From positions 1 to 33,425 of the forward strand of contig JBDRJU010000027.1 in NCBI GenBank assembly GCA_043814645.1: DNA of 33,425 bases, written 5' to 3'. Source of the stretch: a bacterium. GTDB taxonomy: Bacteria; Patescibacteriota; Minisyncoccia; Phycocordibacterales; GWA1-40-21. The notes beneath the pieces are model-generated. The model was not told where the DNA came from and did no database searches. It saw only the letters and a list, made by a program, of their open reading frames with translations. Positions 9,234 through 18,404 of the stretch are shown here, in pieces. The position numbers and the translations under genes are program-made. Every line of letters starts with the position of its first letter. Position 1 is the stretch's first letter.

Positions 9234-10940
9234 ATGTTTAAGAAATTTAAAAAAAAATTTAAAAATAATCCATATAAAAATAGGGTTAAAGATATTGATC
9301 CTGATGAGATTTTTTTAGATTCAGAAAATCTGCCAAAATTTGATGTAGATCAATTTGAAGGACGGCTCGAAAAACCTATCTCTGTCAATACTTTTATTTT
9401 GTTTGGTTTGGTGTGTTTTTTTATTTTAGGGGGATTTTTTTTGAAATCATACAATCTCCAAATAACTAAAGGAAAAGCTTATTTAAAAAAAAGTGAAAAT
9501 AATAGATTAAAAAATATTGTTATCTTTTCTAATAGGGGCGTTATTTTTGATAGAAATGATAAAAAATTGGCGTGGAATGTGGCGAGTGAAAGTAACCCAG
9601 AATTTTCCTTGAGGAAGTATTCTGATTTTTCTGGAATATCTCATGTTTTGGGCTATATAAAATATCCATCTAAAGATAGCTCAGGTTTTTATTACAGTGA
9701 AGATTTTATTGGTAAAGATGGGGTGGAAAAATATTATAATGATATTTTGTCTGGACAAAACGGTTTAAGGATTGCTGAAGTTGATGCAAAAGGAAAAATA
9801 CAATCTGAAAGTGTAACCCGACTTCCAAAAGAGGGTAAAGATTTAAAACTATCAATAGATTTAGAATTGCAAAACTATATACATAAAACGATAGCAAACT
9901 TGGCTCTAAGGGTAGGTTTTACAGGAGGAGCCGGAGCAATAATGGATGTTAATACAGGCGAAATAATCGCGATGACTAGTTATCCAGAATACAATTCTCA
10001 GATTCTGACCAATGGCGATGATAAAACCGCTATCAATAAATTTTTAATAAATAAAAATAATCCATTTTTGGATAGGGTAATAGATGGCCTTTATACACCA
10101 GGTTCCATAGTCAAACCTTTCATGTCTATTGCCGCTTTATCTGAAAATATTATTGATCCAAATAAAAAAATATTAAGTATAGGATATATTTCAATACCAA
10201 ATATTTATAATCCCTTACATCCAACAGTATTTAAGGACTGGAGGGTTAATGGCTGGGTTGATATGAGACAAGCGCTAGCTGTTTCTTGTGATATTTATTT
10301 TTATGAAATTGGTGGAGGTTATGAAAAACAAAAAGGTCTTGGCATTGCTTTAATAGATAAATATATGAGTATGTTTGGTTTCGGACGAGATTTACCAGAA
10401 GGTTTCTTTAGCGGTATTTCAGGAGTTATTCCGGATCCAGAATGGAAGGCGGAAAATTTTAATGGAGAAAAATGGAATATTGGAAATACATATCATACCT
10501 CAATAGGTCAGTATGGTTTTCAAGTTACTCCTATTCAGGCAGTTAGAGCTGTCGCAAGTATCGCCAATAATGGAAAATTATTAGAGCCATCTATATTGTT
10601 TGGTGGAAATAAAGATATGTTTGTTCAATTAAATTTAAATCCAGATTATTTAAAAATTGTTAGGGAAGGTATGAAATTGGCAGTAGAAGAAGGTGTAGCT
10701 TTTGGATTAAATACTGAATATTTGACTTTGGGTGCGAAAACAGGAACAGCCGAACTCGGATCTAAAAAACAATTTATAAATTCTTGGATAACAGGATTTT
10801 TTCCTTACAATAATCCAAAATATGCTTTTGTTGTAATAATGGAAAAAGGACCCGTTAGTAATTCTGTAGGTGGTGTTTATGTGATGAGACAAGTTTTTGA
10901 TTGGATGTATAAAAATAAACCGGAATATTTAAAAAACTAA
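9234..10940 (+). CDS. mrdA: Penicillin-binding protein 2 (elongasome transpeptidase)
   Basis: N-terminal TM helix and dimerisation domain. Contains GSIVKP (SxxK) and KTGTA motifs. Confidence 0.88.
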   Translation: MFKKFKKKFKNNPYKNRVKDIDPDEIFLDSENLPKFDVDQFEGRLEKPISVNTFILFGLVCFFILGGFFLKSYNLQITKGKAYLKKSENNRLKNIVIFSNRGVIFDRNDKKLAWNVASESNPEFSLRKYSDFSGISHVLGYIKYPSKDSSGFYYSEDFIGKDGVEKYYNDILSGQNGLRIAEVDAKGKIQSESVTRLPKEGKDLKLSIDLELQNYIHKTIANLALRVGFTGGAGAIMDVNTGEIIAMTSYPEYNSQILTNGDDKTAINKFLINKNNPFLDRVIDGLYTPGSIVKPFMSIAALSENIIDPNKKILSIGYISIPNIYNPLHPTVFKDWRVNGWVDMRQALAVSCDIYFYEIGGGYEKQKGLGIALIDKYMSMFGFGRDLPEGFFSGISGVIPDPEWKAENFNGEKWNIGNTYHTSIGQYGFQVTPIQAVRAVASIANNGKLLEPSILFGGNKDMFVQLNLNPDYLKIVREGMKLAVEEGVAFGLNTEYLTLGAKTGTAELGSKKQFINSWITGFFPYNNPKYAFVVIMEKGPVSNSVGGVYVMRQVFDWMYKNKPEYLKN

Positions 10941-10952
10941 GTTTTTATATTT

Positions 10953-10981
10953 TTGACTTTAAATCATTTTTTTGCTAAAAT
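10953..10981 (+). promoter_or_regulatory. Candidate sigma70-type promoter upstream of greA
   Basis: ttgact (10953-10958), a 17-nt spacer, then taaaat (10976-10981). Lies 37 nt upstream of the greA ATG. Confidence 0.35.
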
Positions 10982-11017
10982 ACCAACAAGTTTTATTAAT
11001 TTAAATTCTCACAAAAC

Positions 11018-11485
11018 ATGGAAGAAAGAAAAGAATATCTTACTAAGAAAAAATACGAAGAATTGATGGCGGAGCTTACAGATCTGAAGAATGTTAAAAG
11101 AAAAGAAGTTGCTGAATCATTAGATTATGCCAGAGGTTTAGGGGATTTGTCAGAAAATGCTGAATATCACGAAGCAAGAGCTAAGCAGGCCGATATCGAA
11201 GAAAGAATTCTAAAACTAGAAGGTATATTAAAAAACACAATAGTGGTTGAAGACAGGCATGGTGATCATGTTGTAATAGGTAGTACTGTTGTTGTAGAAA
11301 AAATAGATGGTTCTAAAAAAATGACCCTTATGATTGTTGGGTCCGCAGAGTCAGATTTAGCTGGAGGTAAAATTTCAAACAGATCTCCTATAGGATCAGC
11401 TGTTTTAGGAAAAAAGAAAGGGGAATCTTTCTCTTTTAATTCTCCAAGTGGTAAGATGGAATACAAGGTGGTAGAGGTCAAATAA
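11018..11485 (+). CDS. greA: Transcription elongation factor GreA
   Basis: 155 aa. Contains GDLSENAEYHEARAKQ and a C-terminal FKBP-like domain. Confidence 0.93.
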   Translation: MEERKEYLTKKKYEELMAELTDLKNVKRKEVAESLDYARGLGDLSENAEYHEARAKQADIEERILKLEGILKNTIVVEDRHGDHVVIGSTVVVEKIDGSKKMTLMIVGSAESDLAGGKISNRSPIGSAVLGKKKGESFSFNSPSGKMEYKVVEVK

Positions 11486-11496
11486 AAGCAATAATC

Positions 11497-12954
11497 ATGT
11501 CTTCTTTTGAAGAACTAAGAAATATTAGAATAGAAAAACTAAAAATGCTTGAGAAAGCAGGTATGGATCCGTATCCAGCAATATCAAAAAAAGATTATTC
11601 CATATCTGAAGTTATCGATAGATTTGAAGAAATATCAAAAAAAGGATCTATATATCTTGTAGGTAGAATAATGGCCATAAGAGGCCAGGGAGGTTTAATA
11701 TTTTTAAATATAAATGATGGTACAGGAACTTTTCAAGGTTTATTAAAAAAAGATGAGATGGATGAAAAAGCTTTTGATTTATTTCAGAACACTATTGATA
11801 TTGGAGATTTTATAGAAATGAATGGAAAACTTTTTATTACAAAGAGGGGTGAAAAAACTCTTCAAGTTATAAATTGGAAAATATTAACAAAGAGTTTGAG
11901 ACCATTACCTGAAAAATGGCACGGCATCCAAGATGAGGAAGAGAAGCTTAGAAAAAGATATCTTGATATCATTTTCAATCCTGAGGTAAAAGTCATGATA
12001 GAAAAAAAGGCAAAATTTTTCAGTTCAATGAGACAATTTCTTACTGAGAGAAATTTTATAGAAGTAGATACTCCAGTTTTAGAAAACACTGCAGGTGGTG
12101 CAGAGGCGAGACCATTTGTCACACATTACAATGCCTATGATACAGATGTTTACCTAAGAATATCTCCGGAGCTTTGGCTCAAGCGTCTTATGGTAGCCGG
12201 CTTTTCAAAAGTTTATGAAATAGGAAGAATTTTTAGAAATGAAGGCGCAGACGCAGAGCATCTTCAAGACTATACTCATATGGAATTTTATTGGGCCTAT
12301 GCCGATTATAATGATGGTATGAAGCTTGTAGAAGAGATGTATAAATATATTGCAGAGCAAACTTTTGGAACACTTAAATTTAAGATAAAAGGCTTTGATG
12401 TAGATTTGGGAGGAAAGTGGCAAAAATATGATTATACTGAAACTGTAAAAGAAAAAACAGGTATAGATATTTTATCTGCTAACGTAAAAGATATTGAGAA
12501 AAAACTTCAAAGTTTAAAAATAGAATATGATAAAAAAGGATTTAATCTAAATAGGGCAATCGATTCTTTGTGGAAGTACTGTAGAAAACAAATAGGCGGT
12601 CCAGGGTTTTTAATAAATGTGCCAGTAATGATGGAACCACTTGCCAAAAGAATGCCAAAAAATAAAAATCTTGTTGAAAGATTTCAGGTAATTTTTGCAG
12701 GGTCTGAAATGGGTAAAGGTTTTAGTGAACTCAATGACCCTATAGATCAGATGGATAGATTTACGGAGCAAGCAAAGCTTAGAGAAGGGGGAGATGAAGA
12801 GGCACAGATGATGGACGGAGATTTTGTTGAAGCACTTGAATACGGTATGCCACCAACTTGTGGTTTTGGACTTTCCGAAAGATTGTTTAGTTTTCTTGTT
12901 GATAAGCCTATTAGAGAATGTCAGATTTTTCCCTTTATGAGACCAAAGGGATAG
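11497..12954 (+). CDS. lysS: Lysyl-tRNA synthetase, class II
   Basis: 485 aa. OB-fold N-terminus, EIGRIFRNEGADAEHLQDYTHMEFY (motif 2 region) and GMPPTCGFGLSERL (motif 3). Confidence 0.95.
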   Translation: MSSFEELRNIRIEKLKMLEKAGMDPYPAISKKDYSISEVIDRFEEISKKGSIYLVGRIMAIRGQGGLIFLNINDGTGTFQGLLKKDEMDEKAFDLFQNTIDIGDFIEMNGKLFITKRGEKTLQVINWKILTKSLRPLPEKWHGIQDEEEKLRKRYLDIIFNPEVKVMIEKKAKFFSSMRQFLTERNFIEVDTPVLENTAGGAEARPFVTHYNAYDTDVYLRISPELWLKRLMVAGFSKVYEIGRIFRNEGADAEHLQDYTHMEFYWAYADYNDGMKLVEEMYKYIAEQTFGTLKFKIKGFDVDLGGKWQKYDYTETVKEKTGIDILSANVKDIEKKLQSLKIEYDKKGFNLNRAIDSLWKYCRKQIGGPGFLINVPVMMEPLAKRMPKNKNLVERFQVIFAGSEMGKGFSELNDPIDQMDRFTEQAKLREGGDEEAQMMDGDFVEALEYGMPPTCGFGLSERLFSFLVDKPIRECQIFPFMRPKG

Positions 12955-12974
12955 AAAAAAATTTTAAATTAATT

Positions 12975-13017
12975 AAAAGGGGGTTTTCGCAAAGCGAAAA
13001 CCCCCTTTTAAATTTTT
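12975..13017 (+). terminator. Strong intrinsic terminator after lysS
   Basis: Perfect 16-bp stem aaaagggggttttcgc / gcgaaaacccccTTTT (12975-12990 / 12994-13009) with a 3-nt loop and a T-rich tail. Confidence 0.8.
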
Positions 13018-13191
13018 CTAATTAGGTCAAAAAAATACTTTTTGTAGATTGTCCAAAATTAAAACTGTTGATAACTTAATTCTCATAATATTTTAATTTT
13101 TAAAAACCTCAAAAACCATTATTTATGGCCGTATTATTGAATTATTTTTTTACCAATTATTGAATAATAGAAGTTAGTTTTTTGTTGCGTT

Positions 13192-13246
13192 GTGGGATAA
13201 AGTGCTATAAAATATACAGCAGGTGGGAATAAGTGGGATATATAAT
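13192..13246 (+). promoter_or_regulatory. dcw-cluster promoter region with a phased GTGGGA (MraZ-box-like) direct-repeat array
   Basis: GTGGGA occurs at 13192, 13223 and 13233, with a degenerate GTGCTA at 13202, all on a 10-11 nt register. An extended -10 (tgctataaa) lies at 13203-13211 and tataat at 13241-13246. Confidence 0.5.
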
Positions 13247-13369
13247 TTTTCCACAAAAAACTATTATGCTTATTGGAGAATATTCACCCGTAAAAATTTA
13301 TTAAAATTTTATCGGGCAAAGCACATTAGAGATAGAGATTTGCATAAAATAAATAATTTATCTAAAAAC

Positions 13370-13804
13370 ATGTTAATAGGAGAATATATACATACGCTAG
13401 ATGACAAAAAAAGAGTATCACTCCCAGTAAAATTTCGTAAAGAAGTTGGTAAAAAAATTATTGTTACAGCCGGACTTGATAATTGTCTTTGGATTTTTAC
13501 TTTAGCTCAGTGGAAAAAAATCTCAGAAAAACTTTCAAATTTTTCAATGCTTCAAGCGGACAATAGAAGCTTCAATAGATATATGTTTGGATCTGCGACA
13601 GAAGTTGAGGTAGACACAATCGGAAGAATTCTTTTACCAGAATTTTTAGTTTCCAGAGCATCTCTTAAAAATAAAATCGCAGTAGTAGGAGTTCAAGACA
13701 GAATAGAAATTTGGAATGAATCTGCATGGAGAGAATATAAAGATGTGGTAGAGAAGAAGGCAGATCAACTTGCAGAAAAACTCGGACAGGCAGGAGCACT
13801 TTAA
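13370..13804 (+). CDS. mraZ: Transcriptional regulator MraZ
   Basis: Begins MLIGEYIHTLDDKKRVSLPVKFRKE, and GRILLPEFL forms the second SpoVT/AbrB-like repeat. ATG 13370 is preferred over the track's GTG 13223. Confidence 0.9.
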   Translation: MLIGEYIHTLDDKKRVSLPVKFRKEVGKKIIVTAGLDNCLWIFTLAQWKKISEKLSNFSMLQADNRSFNRYMFGSATEVEVDTIGRILLPEFLVSRASLKNKIAVVGVQDRIEIWNESAWREYKDVVEKKADQLAEKLGQAGAL

Positions 13805-13808
13805 AAAA

Positions 13809-14696
13809 ATGATACACAAGACAGTTCTTTTACATGAATCAATAGAAAAACTTAACCTTAAAAAAGGATCAATCTTTTTTGACGGAACCCTTGGTGGCGC
13901 AGGGCACAGTTCAAAAGTTTGTTCTGAATTTGGAGGTAGTGTCAGAATGATTGCTACAGATAGAGACAGTCTGGCTATCAGAAATGCGAAAGAAAAATTT
14001 TCTAAACTCGGTTGTAAATCAGATTTAATTCTTTCAGATTTCAGACACCTAGATATAGTTCTGACCAATTTAGGGGTAGACAAGGTTGATGCAATACTTT
14101 TTGATCTAGGGCTTTCTTCAGATCAACTGGATGCTTCAGGTAGAGGTTTTACTTTTAGATACGATGAACCATTACTCATGACATTTTCAGAGGATGAACA
14201 GAAAGTTGATGCAAAAATAATTCTGAACAATTGGAGTGAAGAAACTATAGCAGACATATTATATGGATATTCAGACGAAAGATATTCAAGAAGAATTGCA
14301 AAAGCGATTGTATCTCACAGATTAAAAAAACCGATAGAGACAACATTTCAATTGGTAGAAATAATAAAACATGCAGTACCAATGGGTTATCAAAGAGGCA
14401 AGACACATTTTGCTACAAAAACATTTCAAGCTTTGAGAATTGCTGTAAATGATGAGATCACGGCCCTAAAAGAGGGAATGAAAAAAGGTTGGGAGTTTTT
14501 AAAAAAAGATGGACGTATGGCAATAATTTCATTTCATAGTGTTGAAGATAGAGAAGTTAAAAATTTTATAAGAGAAAAGGTAAAAAGTGGAGATGGAAAA
14601 TTTATAAATAAAAAACCAATAACTCCAAGTGATGAAGAGATTAGTGAAAATCCAAGATCGAGAAGTGCAAAACTAAGAGTGATAGAAAAAGTTTAA
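13809..14696 (+). CDS. rsmH: 16S rRNA (cytosine1402-N4)-methyltransferase RsmH
   Basis: Begins MIHKTVLLHESIE. Contains FFDGTLGGAGHS, FDLGLSSDQLD, SFHSVEDR and NPRSRSAKLR. ATG 13809 is preferred over 13770. Confidence 0.92.
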   Translation: MIHKTVLLHESIEKLNLKKGSIFFDGTLGGAGHSSKVCSEFGGSVRMIATDRDSLAIRNAKEKFSKLGCKSDLILSDFRHLDIVLTNLGVDKVDAILFDLGLSSDQLDASGRGFTFRYDEPLLMTFSEDEQKVDAKIILNNWSEETIADILYGYSDERYSRRIAKAIVSHRLKKPIETTFQLVEIIKHAVPMGYQRGKTHFATKTFQALRIAVNDEITALKEGMKKGWEFLKKDGRMAIISFHSVEDREVKNFIREKVKSGDGKFINKKPITPSDEEISENPRSRSAKLRVIEKV

Positions 14697-14700
14697 AAAT

Positions 14701-15039
14701 ATGGTAGCCCAAGTAATTAAAAAACAAATAGAAAAAATTGAATACAGGGAAAAGAAAATTTTCGGGATTCTTTTCTCGGTATTTGTTTTTTTCACTATGT
14801 CTTATGGTTTTTTGTTGAATAGTACTATGATGAACGCAGTATCAAGACAAAGTATGGAAAAAGAGATGGTGTCTTTAGGTTCAGATGTAAATTCCCTAGA
14901 ATTTCAATATTTAAACATAAAAAATAGTATTACTCTAGGATTAGCTCAATCTAAAGGCTTTATTTCTATATCTTTAGATAAATTTGCTGTAATAGATTCT
15001 ACTCAAAAAAAAATATCTTTGTCTATAAATGAAAATTAA
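14701..15039 (+). CDS. ftsL: FtsL-like small bitopic division protein
   Basis: 112 aa with a single TM helix. Called from its position between rsmH and ftsI. No sequence motif is available. Confidence 0.5.
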   Translation: MVAQVIKKQIEKIEYREKKIFGILFSVFVFFTMSYGFLLNSTMMNAVSRQSMEKEMVSLGSDVNSLEFQYLNIKNSITLGLAQSKGFISISLDKFAVIDSTQKKISLSINEN

Positions 15040-16771
15040 TACTTTTCAAAACAAAGTGAGACTAATCTTTTGCTTTATTGCTTTTTTTGCTCTGATTATG
15101 GCTGTAAGGCTATATTTTTTGCAGATAGTTTATGGACAAGATTATAGTGAAAAAGCAGATAGACAGTATACAAGCATATCCGTTGATACATACAACAGAG
15201 GTGCTATTTTTTTTCAAGATAAAAATAGCGATATAATCTCTGCGGCTAGTTTAAAAACTGGATATATTTTGGCATTAAATACAAAAATAATTGCCACTGG
15301 CACAGAAATTTATTATAAGAAAATATCTGAGATACTTCCTATGGATGCGGGTACTTTTTATTCCAAGGCATCAAAAATCAATGATTCTTATGAAGAAATA
15401 GCAAAACAAGTATCAGAAGATGAAATTAAGAAAATAAGCGAACTTCAACTCCCAGGTCTAATAATAAAAAAGAAAAAATGGAGATATTATTCTGGAGGTA
15501 ATTTGGCTTCAAGACTTGTAGGTTTTGTTGGATATGATAATACTGGAACAAAACTTGAGGGTAGATATGGTCTTGAAAAATATTATGAAGATAATTTAAA
15601 AAGAGAAAATGATAATTTATATACGAATACATTTGCTGAAATATTTTCTAACATAAATAAAAATTTTATTCAAAATAAAGATAGGGAAGCAGATATTATA
15701 ACTTCCATAGATCCCGAAGTACAAGGTTATGTAGAAAAAGTTGTTGACGACACAAATAAAAAATGGAACTCTAAAATTACTGGGGCTATTGTTATAGATC
15801 CAAAAACAGGAGAGATTTATTCCATGGCCATCTCCCCATCTTTTAATTTGAATGATTTTAAAAATGAAACAAATGTAAATATCTTTTCTAATCCTTTAGT
15901 TTCTGATGCTTATGAAATGGGCTCAATTATTAAACCGCTCACTATGGCTGCCGGAATAGATGATGGAGATGTGACTGCAAAGACCACATATATTGATAAA
16001 GGATTTTTGGAGATGGATGGAAGAACTTTTTATAATTTTGATAAAAAAAATAGAGGCGTGGTTGATATGCAATCAGTCCTAAGCAATTCCTCAAATGTCG
16101 GGGCTACTTTTGTTATGAATAGTATGGGAAAAGATATTTTTCTGAAATATTTTCAAGCTTATGGAATAGGATCGGAAACTGGCATAGATTTACCAGCAGA
16201 AGCTGCAGGCAATATAGGAAATTTATTAAATAATCTTAAAAATAGTAAAACTATAGAATATGCCACAGCATCTTTTGGACAAGGTATTTCTATGACGCCA
16301 ATGATTACCGTTAAAGCGCTGTGTTCTTTGGCAAACGGCGGGAAGCTCATAATACCCCACGTAGTTAAAAGGATAGATTATAAAGTTGGTCTTCCTAAAA
16401 ATATATCATATGTTAATGAAGCCAAGCAGGTTATAAAAAAGGAAACCTCCGAAGAGATTTCCAGAATGCTTGTAAGAGTTGTTGATGAAGCGTTGGTTGG
16501 TGGAACTATGAAAATGAAAAATTATAGTATTGCTGCAAAAACAGGTACTGCGCAAATTGCGAGACCTGCAAACGAGGGAGGTGGCTATTATTCTGATAAA
16601 ATATTACACTCATTCTTTGGTTATTTTCCGGCATATAACCCTAGGTTTTTGATATTTCTATATACACTAGAACCTAAAAATATAGATTATGCTTCACAAA
16701 CACTTACCGAGCCATTTTTTGACATTACTAAATTTTTAATAAATTATTATGAAATACCACCAGACCGTTAG
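15029..16771 (+). CDS. ftsI: Division-specific penicillin-binding protein (FtsI/PBP3-like transpeptidase)
   Basis: N-terminal TM helix. Contains GSIIKP (SxxK), SNSSN and KTGTA motifs. Sits in the dcw position. Confidence 0.88.
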   Translation: MKINTFQNKVRLIFCFIAFFALIMAVRLYFLQIVYGQDYSEKADRQYTSISVDTYNRGAIFFQDKNSDIISAASLKTGYILALNTKIIATGTEIYYKKISEILPMDAGTFYSKASKINDSYEEIAKQVSEDEIKKISELQLPGLIIKKKKWRYYSGGNLASRLVGFVGYDNTGTKLEGRYGLEKYYEDNLKRENDNLYTNTFAEIFSNINKNFIQNKDREADIITSIDPEVQGYVEKVVDDTNKKWNSKITGAIVIDPKTGEIYSMAISPSFNLNDFKNETNVNIFSNPLVSDAYEMGSIIKPLTMAAGIDDGDVTAKTTYIDKGFLEMDGRTFYNFDKKNRGVVDMQSVLSNSSNVGATFVMNSMGKDIFLKYFQAYGIGSETGIDLPAEAAGNIGNLLNNLKNSKTIEYATASFGQGISMTPMITVKALCSLANGGKLIIPHVVKRIDYKVGLPKNISYVNEAKQVIKKETSEEISRMLVRVVDEALVGGTMKMKNYSIAAKTGTAQIARPANEGGGYYSDKILHSFFGYFPAYNPRFLIFLYTLEPKNIDYASQTLTEPFFDITKFLINYYEIPPDR

Positions 16772-16863
16772 AAAATTAAAGATTAAATATCAAAAATCAA
16801 AAATAAAGTTTTAAATAATAAAATAATATCGGAAGAAAAATATCAGTTTATAAAACAAAAATA

Positions 16864-18165
16864 ATGAAATCAATTTTCAAAAAAATTATAACTACAATAA
16901 TCAAATTTGAATCGATTTTGATTATTAAGAAGTATAAACCACAAATAATAGCTGTGACAGGAAGTGTGGGAAAAACATCTACAAAAGATGCAATTTTTGC
17001 TGTAATGTCAGGTTCATTTTTTGTTAGAAAGAGTGAAAAAAGTTTTAATAGCGATATAGGCATTCCTCTCACAATCTTAGGTTGTCAAAACGCATGGTTT
17101 AATCCAATAATGTGGGCTAGAAATATTATTATAGGATTGGAACTGATTATTTTTAACTGTAATTATCCAAAATGGCTTATTTTAGAAGTTGGTGCTGACA
17201 GACCAGGAGATATAAAGGAAATTGCAAAATGGTTAAAGCCAAATATCGTAGTCCTCACTACTTTTCCAAAAGTACCAGTTCATGTCGAATTTTTTAAGGA
17301 TAGGGATGAAGTTGTTCGAGAAAAAAGATATCTAGTTGAAGCATTGAAATATGATGGAATACTCATAGTAAATGGTGATGATGAAGATTCCATGAAGATA
17401 AAAGGGGCTTCAAAAAATATTTCTATTATTTATGGAACAGACAAACTTGCCGATTTGGTTGCAACTGAATCTAAAAATTATTATGGTAAAGACGAAAAAA
17501 TAGAAGGGATAACTTTTAAAGTTGAATATGAAGGTAATATTGTTCCCATCGTAATAAAAGGCTCTTTGGGAGCTAAAAGTATTTACGCTTCCTTGGCTGC
17601 CATAGCTGTTGGACTTTATCTAAAAATAAATATAGTAAAATCTGGTGAAGCTCTTCTCAATTTTGATGCATCTAAAGGAAGAATGAAAATAATAAATGGA
17701 ATTAAAAATATTACAATAATAGATGATACCTACAATTCTTCTCCTGTTGCTTTGATATCAGCTCTATATTCTTTGAAACATGTGAATAAAAAAAATAAAG
17801 GAAGAAAAATAGCTGTTCTCGGAGATATGATGGAATTAGGAAAGCATTCTGCTGACGAACATTACAAAGTAGGGAAAATTGTTGCCGAAGTGTGTGATAT
17901 TTTAATCACTGTTGGCATCAGATCCAGAAAAATGGCTGAAGGAGCACTAGATGCTCTTATGAGTGAGAAAAATATCTTTCAGTTTGAAGATTCAATTTCC
18001 GCTGGAAAGGAGCTACAGAACATAATTAAGGAAAATGATATAATACTGGTTAAGGGCTCACAGTCTACAAGAATGGAAAAAGTTGTAGAAGAAGTGATGT
18101 TAGAACCTGAAAAAGCAAACAAACTTTTAGTGAGACAAGAAAGGGAATGGAAAAATATGATATGA
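16864..18165 (+). CDS. murF: UDP-N-acetylmuramoyl-tripeptide--D-alanyl-D-alanine ligase
   Basis: Contains AVTGSVGKTSTKD (P-loop), DDTYNSSP and VLGDMMELGKHSADEH, which is typical of MurF. Confidence 0.9.
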   Translation: MKSIFKKIITTIIKFESILIIKKYKPQIIAVTGSVGKTSTKDAIFAVMSGSFFVRKSEKSFNSDIGIPLTILGCQNAWFNPIMWARNIIIGLELIIFNCNYPKWLILEVGADRPGDIKEIAKWLKPNIVVLTTFPKVPVHVEFFKDRDEVVREKRYLVEALKYDGILIVNGDDEDSMKIKGASKNISIIYGTDKLADLVATESKNYYGKDEKIEGITFKVEYEGNIVPIVIKGSLGAKSIYASLAAIAVGLYLKINIVKSGEALLNFDASKGRMKIINGIKNITIIDDTYNSSPVALISALYSLKHVNKKNKGRKIAVLGDMMELGKHSADEHYKVGKIVAEVCDILITVGIRSRKMAEGALDALMSEKNIFQFEDSISAGKELQNIIKENDIILVKGSQSTRMEKVVEEVMLEPEKANKLLVRQEREWKNMI

Positions 18166-18216
18166 AATGATCACCTGATTTTTTAATTATCAGAATATTA
18201 TTAAATTTACAATTTA

Positions 18217-18398
18217 AAGACTCGATTTTTGCTGGAAAGGAACTACAGAACATAATTAAGGAAAATGATATAATGTTGGTTAGGGGCTCACAGTCTACAA
18301 GAATGGAAAAAGTTGTTGAAGGGGTGATGTTAGAATTTGAATTGGCTAAAGATTTTCTTGGAAAACAAGAGGAAAAGTGGAATAATATAAAATTAAAT
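18217..18398 (+). pseudogene. Duplicated fragment of the murF 3' end (last ~55 codons), in frame with thrC
   Basis: 18231-18340 matches 18001-18110 at 101/110 nt, with a constant offset of 230. Protein-level similarity continues beyond that (EPEKANKLLVRQEREWKNMI versus EFELAKDFLGKQEEKWNNIK). Confidence 0.7.
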
Positions 18399-18404
18399 AT
18401 GAAT

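Noticed and set aside
13191-13200. tgtgggataa as a DnaA box, which would make this an oriC
   Set aside because: It has an extra G relative to TGTGGATAA. The repeats are direct, on a helical register, and sit just upstream of mraZ. There is no dnaA or dnaN nearby. The MraZ operator reading fits better.
13223-13369. GTG 13223 as the mraZ start, and ATG 13770 as the rsmH start
   Set aside because: The extensions add non-conserved residues and, for mraZ, cover the promoter and operator region. Conserved family N-termini begin at 13370 (MLIGEY) and 13809 (MIHKTV).
18273-18404. ATG 18273 as the true thrC start (513-aa track ORF)
   Set aside because: The first 42-44 residues are a copy of the MurF C-terminus. 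ThrC family N-termini align with MKFYST at 18405. It is kept as a possibility in the findings because an SD-like aagga precedes 18273.
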